A program made the position numbers and the translations under genes. A stretch of DNA of 51,076 nucleotides from an uncultured Gammaproteobacteria bacterium (GTDB lineage: Bacteria > Pseudomonadota > Gammaproteobacteria > Steroidobacterales > Rariloculaceae), in the NCBI GenBank assembly GCA_913041665.1, contig CAJWKT010000002.1, positions 1 through 51,076 of the forward strand, given 5' to 3'. Positions 1 to 8,785 of the stretch are shown here, piece after piece (positions within the stretch are counted from its first letter, which is position 1; each line of letters begins with the position of its first letter). The notes under the pieces are model-generated. The model was given only the letters and a program-made list of their open reading frames with translations, did no database searches and had not been told where the DNA came from.

Positions 1-365
1 CCACCGCCATCCCCTTCCGGCACTGCCACAACCGGTCCGGATTCTATTTGTACAGGTATCTCGGGATCCGTTGAAATTAATATAAAGGCCAACACCGCAA
101 CGCCGGCTGCTATAGCTGAGCCGAGCGACCAATGCCGCAATAATTTGGATTCTATACGATCATCCCGCTGCACTTCAGTGAGAATTTTCGTCCACACTTC
201 CGGTGGCGGCTGCAACTCGGGCAACTCCTGTAGTGCCTTCCGAGCAGCCCTTAGCCGTTCAAGCTCTTCTAGGGACTCGGGATCAGCCAATACCTGTGAA
301 TGCATATCAGCATCTACGGGCTCACCATCGCGTATTGTTAAGAGGTCTTCAGTGCAGGTTCGCAT
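1..365 (-). CDS. Anti-sigma factor, N-terminal part only. The ORF runs off the window start and is not in the supplied ORF track.
   Basis: My own minus-strand translation from the ATG at 365-363 gives MRTCTEDLLTIRDGEPVDADMHSQVLADPESLEELERLRAARKALQELPELQPPPEVWTKILTEVQRDDRIESKLLRHWSLGSAIAAGVAVLAFILISTDPE... and stays open to position 1. It lies directly downstream of the ECF sigma gene and overlaps it by 28 nt. It has one hydrophobic TM segment (LGSAIAAGVAVLAFILI), as in single-pass anti-sigma factors. Confidence 0.55.
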   Translation of the reverse strand, partial: MRTCTEDLLTIRDGEPVDADMHSQVLADPESLEELERLRAARKALQELPELQPPPEVWTKILTEVQRDDRIESKLLRHWSLGSAIAAGVAVLAFILISTDPEIPVQIESGPVVAVPEGDGG

Positions 366-922
366 ACTATCTTTCCATTCTCAGTAAAATCATCTTCCAG
401 GAGTGCCCGCAAACGTTTATGGGCCCGGGCCAGCCGGGACTTTGAAAAACTGGGGGTATAACCCATCATTCGAGCAATCTCCTTGTGTGTGTAGCCCTCT
501 ACATCGTGTAACCAGACTACTGCCCTGGTCGTTTCAGAAAGTTCGGCGAGAGCGCCCTCCAAAACCATCTGTTGTTCAACTTGGTCCCCGCTGACACTGG
601 GGCACCTTTGTGCCGACAGATCGGCATCTACTCGCTTAGACGACCAACCTGAGCGTAGATGTTGCAGGCATTTGTTCACTGCAATCCGCCTGATCCAAAA
701 ACCAATCTCCGACTCACCCCGAAAACTCCCTGCCTTTTGAAGCACCTCAACGAAAGTCTCCTGGAGGACATCTTCTGCTGTAACCGCTGAGGCTAATATT
801 CTCCGGGCTACTGTGTACACCATAGGCGCGAATACCTCATAGAGACGCGCTTGAGCCTCGGCATCTCCCTGTTGGGCACCCGCTACGACTGCGGGATCCA
901 CTTGTGGCATCCAGTTTCCCAT
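338..922 (-). CDS. ECF-type RNA polymerase sigma-70 family factor
   Basis: 194 aa. Region 2 reads DVLQETFVEVLQKAGSFRGESEIGFWIRRIAVNKCLQHLR. Region 4 HTH reads AVVWLHDVEGYTHKEIARMMGYTPSFSKSRLARAHKRLRALL. Size and layout are typical of ECF sigma factors. Confidence 0.9.
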   Translation of the reverse strand: MGNWMPQVDPAVVAGAQQGDAEAQARLYEVFAPMVYTVARRILASAVTAEDVLQETFVEVLQKAGSFRGESEIGFWIRRIAVNKCLQHLRSGWSSKRVDADLSAQRCPSVSGDQVEQQMVLEGALAELSETTRAVVWLHDVEGYTHKEIARMMGYTPSFSKSRLARAHKRLRALLEDDFTENGKIVCEPALKTS

Positions 923-1019
923 GATCTATACCTTATATAGATACTCTCAAAATTAAAAAGGTTGCATACCTTTCAGATATGGAAACAATTTCTTGCCTTA
1001 TACTAGCGCATCCCTAACT

Positions 1020-1106
1020 GCCGGGATGGCGGAATTGGTAGACGCGCCGGACTCAAAATCCGGTTCTGGCAACAGAGTGAGAGTTCAAGTCTCTCTCCCG
1101 GCACCA
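1020..1106 (+). tRNA. tRNA-Leu (anticodon CAA), class II with a long variable arm and encoded CCA
   Basis: Sequence is GCCGGGATGGCGGAATTGGTAGACGCGCCGGACTCAAAATCCGGTTCTGGCAACAGAGTGAGAGTTCAAGTCTCTCTCCCGGCACCA. The acceptor stem GCCGGGA (1020-1026) pairs with TCCCGGC (1096-1102). The anticodon loop is CTCAAAA. The T-arm is GAGAGTTCAAGTCTCTC, followed by discriminator A and CCA. Confidence 0.9.
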
Positions 1107-1192
1107 CGGATCAACTGTAGCTCCCTGCCTCTCAATCAGCCATAGCACAGACTCCAAAGGCATCGAAAGGTCAATTAGGAGTTATTCCTTCG

Positions 1193-2797
1193 CTATCTGT
1201 TAACCAGCTCTAGAAAGACATCATGACTTTCAGTAGATCCGTGAATGGGTACGTGCATATCTACTTCTAGCCCCAACCGTTCAATGTTTTGGGCCAGCGT
1301 GATCATCCTTGGATCTGGATTACTCATGGCCGGTGCACCTGGTGGTGGTGGAGAGTAAAGATCTGCATTCACAAGAATTTTCTCTTTTGGGAGATAAGTA
1401 ATCACCATGTTCTGTGCGTGACTTAGGCCCTGAATCGGGTAAATTTCCATGACCCGTACACCGTCACTCACCACGTATTTCTGGTTGATGGTTTCAATTG
1501 GAGCTGGCCGCCGGCTTGTTGCAAACATTGGATAGAACATAGCCAGACGGTCCGGACTCAAGGAGCGCAGTCCCGGATGAAACACAACCTCTTGATAGAA
1601 ATCACGATTGCCCTGGTGGGTAACAATTGTGGCACCTTGGGATAGATATGTACGCAGTCCGCCCGAATGATCAAAGTGGTGATGTGTGTTAACAAGATAA
1701 CGAATAGGCTTACTGGGAAACAATCGGGTTACCTCCCCGATCACCGCCAAAGAACGATCTTCGTTGAGTGGAGCTTCAATCACGGTTACAAAGTCATTAA
1801 ACTCTACAACCACACTATGATGGGATCCACCAGTAACCCACCAAACGCCGTCTGAAAGTTCCCGGCTTTCTACGCGAACCATTGACGGCACCGCATTGCG
1901 AACCTCATCTGGTACTGTCATTGACGGGACAGTCAGGTTTACCTCAACGCCAGTTACCCTAATTTCCATTGAATTGTGGGCGGGGTTGAGTACCGGATCA
2001 CCCTGATGTTCGTGTACCACAGTAGGAAACATTACGCCCCCAAAATCCTTGTACTGGGTATAACGTTGCTCAAACAACATATCTCCGTACACGGGATTGG
2101 GAATCCAAGTACTCACAATTTCCACAAGATTTTGATCATTAATGGTTCCGTTAATTCTGTATTTTCCGAGAGCCATAAAAGAAACAATCGTCGCCTTTCT
2201 TCCTCCCTGTGTCAGGCCGCCGTTGGAGGAGCCAGCTATGGTAAACGTCGTCGCCACAGACTCACTTTTTAGAGCCGCCCCGAGAAATCCATGGGGCGTT
2301 AGAAGTATGTCAAGGTGACGAAAATCAGCAACGGAAACACCATCTAAATAAGGTCGCATTTGGGCGACTGGTGCGTCACCCTGCAAGTTCCATGCGTAAC
2401 CACCGCTGAGTAACTCCACAATCCTCTGTTCACCTTGAAACGGAAACCCGCCGCCACGCTCCGGATATCTACCACGCCTTCGTACCAGCTCCTCCCGAGA
2501 TGATCCAGAGCCATAGTCAATTGTTCTTGTGTAATTGGTGACCTCGAACCTTGGCCAATCATCGCTCAATCCGTAACTCTGCCCCACATTAGCAAACCAA
2601 CCGGCACCAGAAAACTGGATGGTTTTAAGATTGGTCGCGCCCATGGTTCTGGCGGCTGCCATCAGGACATTACGGGCATCCTGAGCAACCCCGTTTCCAG
2701 ACGTTAATACTAAAATTGCAATAATGGAGAAATATTTTGGTGTCATCGTCAATGTCCTCAAAATGATTGCCGTTGCAGTTCTACGCCTGCCTTCCAC
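1193..2797 (-). CDS. Secreted metallo-beta-lactamase-fold hydrolase with a large N-terminal extension
   Basis: The HxHxDH zinc motif is present in LVNTHHHFDHSGG. The likely true start is M17 (nt 2749), giving MTPKYFSIIAILVLTSGNGVAQ as a signal peptide. That start also removes the 40-nt overlap with the upstream gene. Confidence 0.8.
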   Translation of the reverse strand: MEGRRRTATAIILRTLTMTPKYFSIIAILVLTSGNGVAQDARNVLMAAARTMGATNLKTIQFSGAGWFANVGQSYGLSDDWPRFEVTNYTRTIDYGSGSSREELVRRRGRYPERGGGFPFQGEQRIVELLSGGYAWNLQGDAPVAQMRPYLDGVSVADFRHLDILLTPHGFLGAALKSESVATTFTIAGSSNGGLTQGGRKATIVSFMALGKYRINGTINDQNLVEIVSTWIPNPVYGDMLFEQRYTQYKDFGGVMFPTVVHEHQGDPVLNPAHNSMEIRVTGVEVNLTVPSMTVPDEVRNAVPSMVRVESRELSDGVWWVTGGSHHSVVVEFNDFVTVIEAPLNEDRSLAVIGEVTRLFPSKPIRYLVNTHHHFDHSGGLRTYLSQGATIVTHQGNRDFYQEVVFHPGLRSLSPDRLAMFYPMFATSRRPAPIETINQKYVVSDGVRVMEIYPIQGLSHAQNMVITYLPKEKILVNADLYSPPPPGAPAMSNPDPRMITLAQNIERLGLEVDMHVPIHGSTESHDVFLELVNR

Positions 2798-3996
2798 ACT
2801 CTCAAGATATCCCGCGTTACCGTAATATCCTCAGTGGGATCCCCCCGCACAAGAACAAGATCTGCACGAAAACCGGGTTGGATCCTACCTCTATCTGACA
2901 AACCGAAAGCCTCCGCAACATTGGAGGTGGCTGTACGCAGTGCCTCAGTGGGCGAGAGTCCTGCGTCTACAAACAGTTCCAGCAGGCGGTGCAGACTCGC
3001 GCCGTGAACGATGCGGGGATTCCCAGTGAACGCGTCCGAACCCGCAAGTAATTGAACGCCTGCTCTGATGAGGCTGGTCGTGGCCTGATTTGCAATTGTG
3101 ATGCTTATGCCTGGCGGGGGTGTCGGCAGCTCTTTAGTGAGTTCCCTGTAGGCCAAATCAGACAGATAAGGGACGACACGCTCGTCCTGAAGTAAAGCCT
3201 GTGGCCCTAAGCCCAGCAGGCCATCTATTGCGGTGAGTGTTGGCATAACGAACACGTTGTTTGCTGCCAGAAGCCCCGCTAGCTCGGGTTGGGCACCAGA
3301 ATCTCGCCAGTGATGAACTAACCCGTCTACACCAGCGGAAATAGCGAGGCGAACATCCCCTTGACTTTCAACGTGGGCCAAAACCATTAGGCCCGCTTCA
3401 TGCCCAGAATTCACCAAGGCGCGTACCGTATCCTCGCCCAATGTTGGCATCCCACTCCGCGCTGCCCTCACGCCATTCATTACAATCTTCAGATAATCAA
3501 CATTTTCCTGACTTCTTTTTCTTACAAAATCGACTGCCTCCTCTACCCCAGCCACTGTGGGAATCTCAATACCAAATTCCGTTCCATGCCCACCCGGCGC
3601 TGTCGCTAATATTCCGGCGGACCGGAAATCGGCAACGTCAGTCCGAGTTGCTGCAGCTTCTCGCAGGGGAATTTCATACGGGGGAAACGTCCCCATATCG
3701 AGCACAGTCGTGATTCCAAATCTTAGCGACTCTTCTAACTGACCAATTTCCTGCGTATGAGTATGGGCATCAATCAGGCCCGGAAGCAAGGTTTCGCCTA
3801 CCGCATTTATATGGGGTATATCCTCTGAGATCGAGGAGCTACCAAGGGAAGCAATACGGCCATCTCTTACGACCACATCCATATTGGTGTAAACCATTTT
3901 ACCATCGAATACACGCGCATTCGTCACAACAAAAGACTGTGGAAACGCATCCCAAGAAACAACCAATAGGGAAAAAAACGTAACAACAAGAACCAT
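2758..3996 (-). CDS. Secreted amidohydrolase family metallohydrolase (TIM-barrel, imidazolonepropionase/prolidase-like)
   Basis: The N-terminal signal-like segment is MVLVVTFFSLLVVSWDAFPQ. The metal-binding HxH motif sits in LPGLIDAHTHT. The C-terminal part reads GRIQPGFRADLVLVRGDP, typical of the amidohydrolase composite domain. Confidence 0.8.
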   Translation of the reverse strand: MVLVVTFFSLLVVSWDAFPQSFVVTNARVFDGKMVYTNMDVVVRDGRIASLGSSSISEDIPHINAVGETLLPGLIDAHTHTQEIGQLEESLRFGITTVLDMGTFPPYEIPLREAAATRTDVADFRSAGILATAPGGHGTEFGIEIPTVAGVEEAVDFVRKRSQENVDYLKIVMNGVRAARSGMPTLGEDTVRALVNSGHEAGLMVLAHVESQGDVRLAISAGVDGLVHHWRDSGAQPELAGLLAANNVFVMPTLTAIDGLLGLGPQALLQDERVVPYLSDLAYRELTKELPTPPPGISITIANQATTSLIRAGVQLLAGSDAFTGNPRIVHGASLHRLLELFVDAGLSPTEALRTATSNVAEAFGLSDRGRIQPGFRADLVLVRGDPTEDITVTRDILRVWKAGVELQRQSF

Positions 3997-4017
3997 GTTA
4001 TATCCTATATATATCCT

Positions 4018-4977
4018 CTAATGCGCTGCACGGCGTGCCTGTTCCACCCTCGTACATTCAGACATTACATCTAGAAAAGTTTGATAGGCTTCCTGCCCGA
4101 CTACAAACGGATGTCGGGCCCCTGTACCTCTGGTTTTGAGCAGGGATATCTTATTTTGCATTTCATCGTAGAGGGGATGGTTCTGTATTTCGACGTCTAC
4201 TTTCATGTCCCAGGCATACTGGGAAAAATTCTCGATTGAATCTCTGTACTGCTTCAAGCCTTCATTGGTGATCCGTGTCGGATTTAATATGGTGCCACCG
4301 AATAGCGCAGCCCTGTGAGTGATCTCTCCGTCTTTCACGGGAAAAATTAAACCTAATGAGCCTGGCGTGTGACCTGGTATAAAAATCGTCGTTACCTCCA
4401 CACCACCTAAGCTGATTGAGCCCCCGTCCATTGCTATCAGGTCACGGTCCGGGACCGGAACAGACAAAGACCCCTCGACAGATGCCCGCTCTAAAAGGTC
4501 CCAGTCCGATGCTCCCATAACGATTCGTGCTCCGTATTGTTCCTGAAGATAAGCCGCACCACCAAAATGATCAGCGTGACCGTGAGCAATAATCACGTAC
4601 TCAATACGAGCTGGATCCAAACCAAGGTGATCCATCCCTGGCATAAGTACCGTTTCGAGGTCATCAATATAGCCAGAATCAATGAGGATAATCCCGTTGG
4701 GTGTGGTAATTGCGTACACCACAGTTCCCGTTCGGCCGATGAAATAGAGGTTGTCAAAAATCTTCATTGGCTCAAGTACCGGGTCGGCGTTTTGATTCGG
4801 CGTCACTGCACCTTTTTTGCAGAAATAATCAGCAGCAACCGCCCATTGCGAGCCGGCTATTGTCCGTGCACTGCGAATACGCTCAAGAACCTCCTCCGAC
4901 TCCTGGGCGTGAGCTGAAATAAAAACCGCTGCGGTGAGCAAGCTGGTCACGAAACCTACTATTTTGTTTGTTTTCAT
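4018..4977 (-). CDS. Secreted metallo-beta-lactamase-fold hydrolase (subclass-B3-like size)
   Basis: The signal peptide is MKTNKIVGFVTSLLTAAVFISAHAQ. The HxHxDH motif is in IIAHGHADHFGG, and a later HTPGS motif is present. Confidence 0.8.
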   Translation of the reverse strand: MKTNKIVGFVTSLLTAAVFISAHAQESEEVLERIRSARTIAGSQWAVAADYFCKKGAVTPNQNADPVLEPMKIFDNLYFIGRTGTVVYAITTPNGIILIDSGYIDDLETVLMPGMDHLGLDPARIEYVIIAHGHADHFGGAAYLQEQYGARIVMGASDWDLLERASVEGSLSVPVPDRDLIAMDGGSISLGGVEVTTIFIPGHTPGSLGLIFPVKDGEITHRAALFGGTILNPTRITNEGLKQYRDSIENFSQYAWDMKVDVEIQNHPLYDEMQNKISLLKTRGTGARHPFVVGQEAYQTFLDVMSECTRVEQARRAAH

Positions 4978-4988
4978 ACTCAGCTATT

Positions 4989-6602
4989 TCAAAGTTCCCT
5001 GTACACTATCTTTCCACCGACAACGGTCAGTACAGAGGAGAGATTAAGAATCTGCTCTTCTGGCACAGCAAGATAATCATCACTTAAGACGACAAGATCG
5101 GCAAGCTTACCCACCTCGATGGAGCCGAGGACGTCTTCATCATGAGAAAACCAAGCGCTTCCACCCGTATAAAGTCTTAGGGCCTCAAGCCGAGTAATTT
5201 TTTGGTCAGCGTTGATTGATTGCCCCAAAACATTCTTGCCAGTAACCATATAGTAAAGAGAATACCAAGGATTCATAGGATGACCGACCGTGCTATCGGT
5301 GCCTGCACCCACTGGGATACCGCTGTCTATAATTAGCCGGAATGGCGGCCCGGCTCGGTTAGAATTGGTGCTATAAAAACGTTGATTTTGCACCGTAACA
5401 CCGGCACCCAGAGCTTTTAGCCGTTCAATGATCTCGGTGTTAATTTCGTGTACATGGGTTAGAGACCAGTGCAAACCGGAGATGGGCGCAATGTCGTTGG
5501 CAGCTTCAAATGCCAGGACATGTGCATCATTTTCTTCTGCAGTCCCCGAGTGCTCTTGCAGCAACCATCCTGTGCGCGCTGCCAAAGAGGTTGCAGCATA
5601 AAAAGACGAACTCATGGAATCATTCACCGTATGCTCTCCGAGCCCGGCTACCCTGAACATGTCATCTCCGAAGCCCATAAATGAATTCCTGACACGCTGC
5701 TCCACATCCGAGTCACCAGATCCATCTCCGACATTCAGATCCCAACTCATAAACATCAAGCGAACCCGGATAGTCATCTCTTGCCGCTTCCACAATGCAA
5801 GCACGGACTGATAGTCTCTCTCCGGAACCAAGAGCTGAGCCCCAGGACGATTGGTACCTGCAGCGTCGATGATCATGGTAAGACCGAGACTGTTCGCATA
5901 ACGCATCAGGTCGCGGGTGTTCCTCTGGCGATTCTGGTCTGTTTGATGACTCTTTAAGTAGTCGTAGGCGGCAATCGCATCATCGCGAGTATCAATCATG
6001 CCGTCCTCTCCCACGTTGATGCCCCCATCTTGCAATAAACGCCGCGCCAAAGTATTTGTCACCGCCGGTCCGTAGGCACGCAAATGAATATAGACAGGAT
6101 GATCAGGAGCTGCGGCGTCCAGCTCAGCAAGTGTTGGAAAACGATTTTCTGCAAATTGCACCGGACTCCAACCACCGATAGCAGTAATCAATTCTCCCTC
6201 GGGTAGATTAGTAGCTTTTTGCGTGAGTGCAGCCTGAAGTCCGGCTATGGAACGAGCCGCTTCGATGGATCGCATGTCGTGCCCGGGTCTGAGTCCTGCT
6301 CTTACAAAATGCACGTGCGAATCAATCAGTCCCGGAATGACCATCCGCCCATCTAAGTCAATAATCTCGGTACCAGGAGGGATCGCACCTACTTCATCGC
6401 CCACAACAGTAATGCGTCCACGATTCATCAACACATTACCCATGAGGACATCATCCCCAATCATGGTCAAAATCCTGCCATTAACCAGCAAAAGACTTCC
6501 TGCTGCCTCTTCCGAAGTTTGCGCAAAAGTCTGACAAACCGACCCAATCCAGAGGACAAAAAAGCAAACTAAACTAATTTGCCTCGACATAACCATTACC
6601 AT
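4989..6602 (-). CDS. Secreted amidohydrolase-3 family metallohydrolase
   Basis: There is a signal-like N-terminus (ISLVCFFVLWIGSVCQTFAQ). The motifs VIPGLIDSHVHF (HxH) and C-terminal GSIEVGKLADLVVLSDD are typical of the COG1574-type amidohydrolase family. Confidence 0.8.
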   Translation of the reverse strand: MVMVMSRQISLVCFFVLWIGSVCQTFAQTSEEAAGSLLLVNGRILTMIGDDVLMGNVLMNRGRITVVGDEVGAIPPGTEIIDLDGRMVIPGLIDSHVHFVRAGLRPGHDMRSIEAARSIAGLQAALTQKATNLPEGELITAIGGWSPVQFAENRFPTLAELDAAAPDHPVYIHLRAYGPAVTNTLARRLLQDGGINVGEDGMIDTRDDAIAAYDYLKSHQTDQNRQRNTRDLMRYANSLGLTMIIDAAGTNRPGAQLLVPERDYQSVLALWKRQEMTIRVRLMFMSWDLNVGDGSGDSDVEQRVRNSFMGFGDDMFRVAGLGEHTVNDSMSSSFYAATSLAARTGWLLQEHSGTAEENDAHVLAFEAANDIAPISGLHWSLTHVHEINTEIIERLKALGAGVTVQNQRFYSTNSNRAGPPFRLIIDSGIPVGAGTDSTVGHPMNPWYSLYYMVTGKNVLGQSINADQKITRLEALRLYTGGSAWFSHDEDVLGSIEVGKLADLVVLSDDYLAVPEEQILNLSSVLTVVGGKIVYREL

Positions 6603-6671
6603 CCGTTAACGACTGTTGGTGTCAATAGTATGCTGATTCTACGATGGCACGAATAGCGATACGAGCTTAAG

Positions 6672-7517
6672 ATGACACTTGGCATTTTTTCAGCGTCGGG
6701 GTACCGCGCCATGGCAATCTCAAAATCGACTGCAGGAAAAACATTATTGACCCGGGATACCTTTCAGGGTGTTGCTACCCTCACTCTAAACCAACCGGAA
6801 AAACGCAATGCTTTGTCGGGCCGCATGATCAGCTTGCTACAGGAAGCTCTCGATGAGCTTGACCAAGACAACACTGTTCGCGTCGTTGTGATTCAGGGAT
6901 CCGGTCCAGCCTTTTGTTCCGGACATGACTTGACAGAAATCCGATCGGCTACTACTGAATCCCGCAAGCAACTGTTTAGGGACTGTAGCCAAGTTATGGT
7001 ATCCCTTGTACGTCTTTCAAAGCCCGTAATCGCTAAAATCCATGGTCCAGCTACCGCGGCCGGCTGTCAGCTAGTCGCCTCCTGTGATCTTGCTGTTGCG
7101 TCATCTGAGGCATGCTTTGCAACCCCGGGGGTTAATATAGGTTTATGGTGTCATACACCGCAGGTTGCAGTTTCACGCAACGTTTCAGCTAAACACGCCA
7201 TGGAAATGCTTCTTACAGGTGAAATGATCGATGCCGAAATGGCACAACGCATTGGTCTTATCAACACGGTAGTCCTACTGGAGGAGCTTGACGAAGCCGT
7301 TCACAAGCTCGCAAAAAAAATTACTGCAAAGTCTATGAAGACCGTGCAAAGAGGTAAGAAAAGTTTTTATAGCCAGATTGATCTAACGCTGGAACAAGCG
7401 TATGAGCAGGCAACTGAAATCATGAGCAAAGGTGCAAGTACAGCCGAGTCTGCGGAAGGTATTTCTGCCTTTCTAGAAAAACGTGCACCTCATTGGAATG
7501 ACCCCCCGATCGGCTGA
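6672..7517 (+). CDS. Enoyl-CoA hydratase/isomerase (crotonase) family protein
   Basis: The sequence LTLNQPEKRNALS...VVVIQGSGPAFCSGHDLTE is crotonase-fold oxyanion-hole context. The start may be the internal M14 (nt 6711). Confidence 0.85.
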   Translation: MTLGIFSASGYRAMAISKSTAGKTLLTRDTFQGVATLTLNQPEKRNALSGRMISLLQEALDELDQDNTVRVVVIQGSGPAFCSGHDLTEIRSATTESRKQLFRDCSQVMVSLVRLSKPVIAKIHGPATAAGCQLVASCDLAVASSEACFATPGVNIGLWCHTPQVAVSRNVSAKHAMEMLLTGEMIDAEMAQRIGLINTVVLLEELDEAVHKLAKKITAKSMKTVQRGKKSFYSQIDLTLEQAYEQATEIMSKGASTAESAEGISAFLEKRAPHWNDPPIG

Positions 7518-7604
7518 AACAGAGTCCTCACTACTTTGTAATAATTATCTGTAACCTTCTTTTTGGAAATTAACAGACCATAGAAACCAGCCCTGAGAAT
7601 AGAA

Positions 7605-8021
7605 ATGGTTTTATCCAAACGAGAAATATGGCTTTTGATTGGAACCGAAACTATTTTTTTTGCCGCACTCGCCGCATGGGCCTTATGGTGGCTAGATCGC
7701 CTGCTGGAACCAACTGCAATCATAGGCGCTTTGTTGATAATAATTATAGGAGATATCGCCACAGTCCTCTTGATGCAACGGTTCGCACCAACCAAAATAA
7801 CGCTCTCGATCGGAGAAACATCTCATGTGCTTGGAAAAGTAACGGGGGGGTTCTGTGGAAGCGCAACGGGTACGGTGCTAGTGCGAGGTGAACAATGGAA
7901 GGCGTGTTACAAAGGTCCCGCGGAACTTGAGCCGGGGGACTCAGTCAGAATTTTATCGCGAACCGGACTGACTCTCCTGGTGGAAGTGGTAGAGCAGGAA
8001 AATCTCGCTTCCACTAGTTAG
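7605..8021 (+). CDS. NfeD-family membrane protein (short form)
   Basis: Hydrophobic helices at the N-terminus are followed by a C-terminal OB-like segment, GTVLVRGEQWKACYKGPAELEPGDSVRILSRTGLTLLVE. This matches NfeD C-termini. Confidence 0.7.
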   Translation: MVLSKREIWLLIGTETIFFAALAAWALWWLDRLLEPTAIIGALLIIIIGDIATVLLMQRFAPTKITLSIGETSHVLGKVTGGFCGSATGTVLVRGEQWKACYKGPAELEPGDSVRILSRTGLTLLVEVVEQENLASTS

Positions 8022-8782
8022 TGGGTCATTGCATAAATAATATAATTGATCCCAAATCTATAGGCCAGGGCGGTCATAGGCTCCGGATAACTAGGATCGT
8101 CGGCATGCTCCCATGCATCCCCCATGTCCATGTTGAAATTGATCGCGACTAGCAGCCGACCCTCGTCATCATAAACACCCTGCCATCTTGGCGGTCCTTC
8201 CATATACGCCGTGCCTTGCCATAAATGTCGGCGCCCGGGAATTTGTGTTCTCTGGTTTAAATCGTAAAGCACGTGCAGAAGCGCATCGCTTTCAGGGATA
8301 TCTATAACCGGACGGTCCGGAAAAACACGCCTAATAACATCCATAAAAACTGCGTACTCGTAGGTACCGTGAAAATCATCAGCTACCAGAAACCCACCCC
8401 GAAGAAGATATTCCCTGAGCCTCAAGGTTTCTAGATCTGAGAGGTACCAATGCCCAACCTGTTGGGCAAATAACCAAGGGTGATCAAAAATCCGATCATC
8501 CGTAATTTCTAGATGCCGGCTATCATCTGAAACATCTAGTAAAGTCAGGCGCTTCAATCCCTGTGTAATATGATATTCCGCCTCCGGGTAATCGATGGCC
8601 CACCATGGCCTCCACATCCTACCGTAGCCCCGGGTCGAGTAGATCAACCGACCCATGTGGAATTCAGCCTCTGGTATTGTGCCCTCATCCTGCTGCCATC
8701 GCTGACTCTCTGCCACGGGAACAACCGATAACAGCACCAGGAACATAAAACTCGTTTTAATCTCTCCTGGGAATATCTCCAT
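8018..8782 (-). CDS. DUF4159-like secreted protein
   Basis: A signal-like N-terminus is present. The sequence FHMGRLIYSTRGYG...IDYPEAEYHITQGLKRLT...IFDHPWLFAQQVGHWYLSDLETLRLREYLLRGGFLVADDFHG...VFPDRP matches my memory of the DUF4159 pattern. That pattern is RLxY, D-P-AE, F-PFLY, LS--E---LR-YL--GGFL--DD. Confidence 0.6.
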   Translation of the reverse strand: MEIFPGEIKTSFMFLVLLSVVPVAESQRWQQDEGTIPEAEFHMGRLIYSTRGYGRMWRPWWAIDYPEAEYHITQGLKRLTLLDVSDDSRHLEITDDRIFDHPWLFAQQVGHWYLSDLETLRLREYLLRGGFLVADDFHGTYEYAVFMDVIRRVFPDRPVIDIPESDALLHVLYDLNQRTQIPGRRHLWQGTAYMEGPPRWQGVYDDEGRLLVAINFNMDMGDAWEHADDPSYPEPMTALAYRFGINYIIYAMTH

Positions 8783-8785
8783 CTA

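Noticed and set aside
145-445. Two plus-strand 80-aa ORFs (145-387, 203-445)
   Set aside because: They lie antisense to the sigma/anti-sigma coding sequence, have low-complexity Ser/Arg/Ala-rich translations and match no motif. I treat them as shadow ORFs.
962-1019. Sigma-70 promoter for the tRNA-Leu gene (TTGCAT, TATACT, TTGCCT/TAACTG hexamers)
   Set aside because: The hexamer spacings do not fit 16-18 bp, or they place the transcription start inside the tRNA. I cannot support a call.
7490-7795. 101-aa minus-strand ORF
   Set aside because: It overlaps the enoyl-CoA hydratase 3' end and the NfeD gene, and its product is basic and low-complexity. It is likely spurious.
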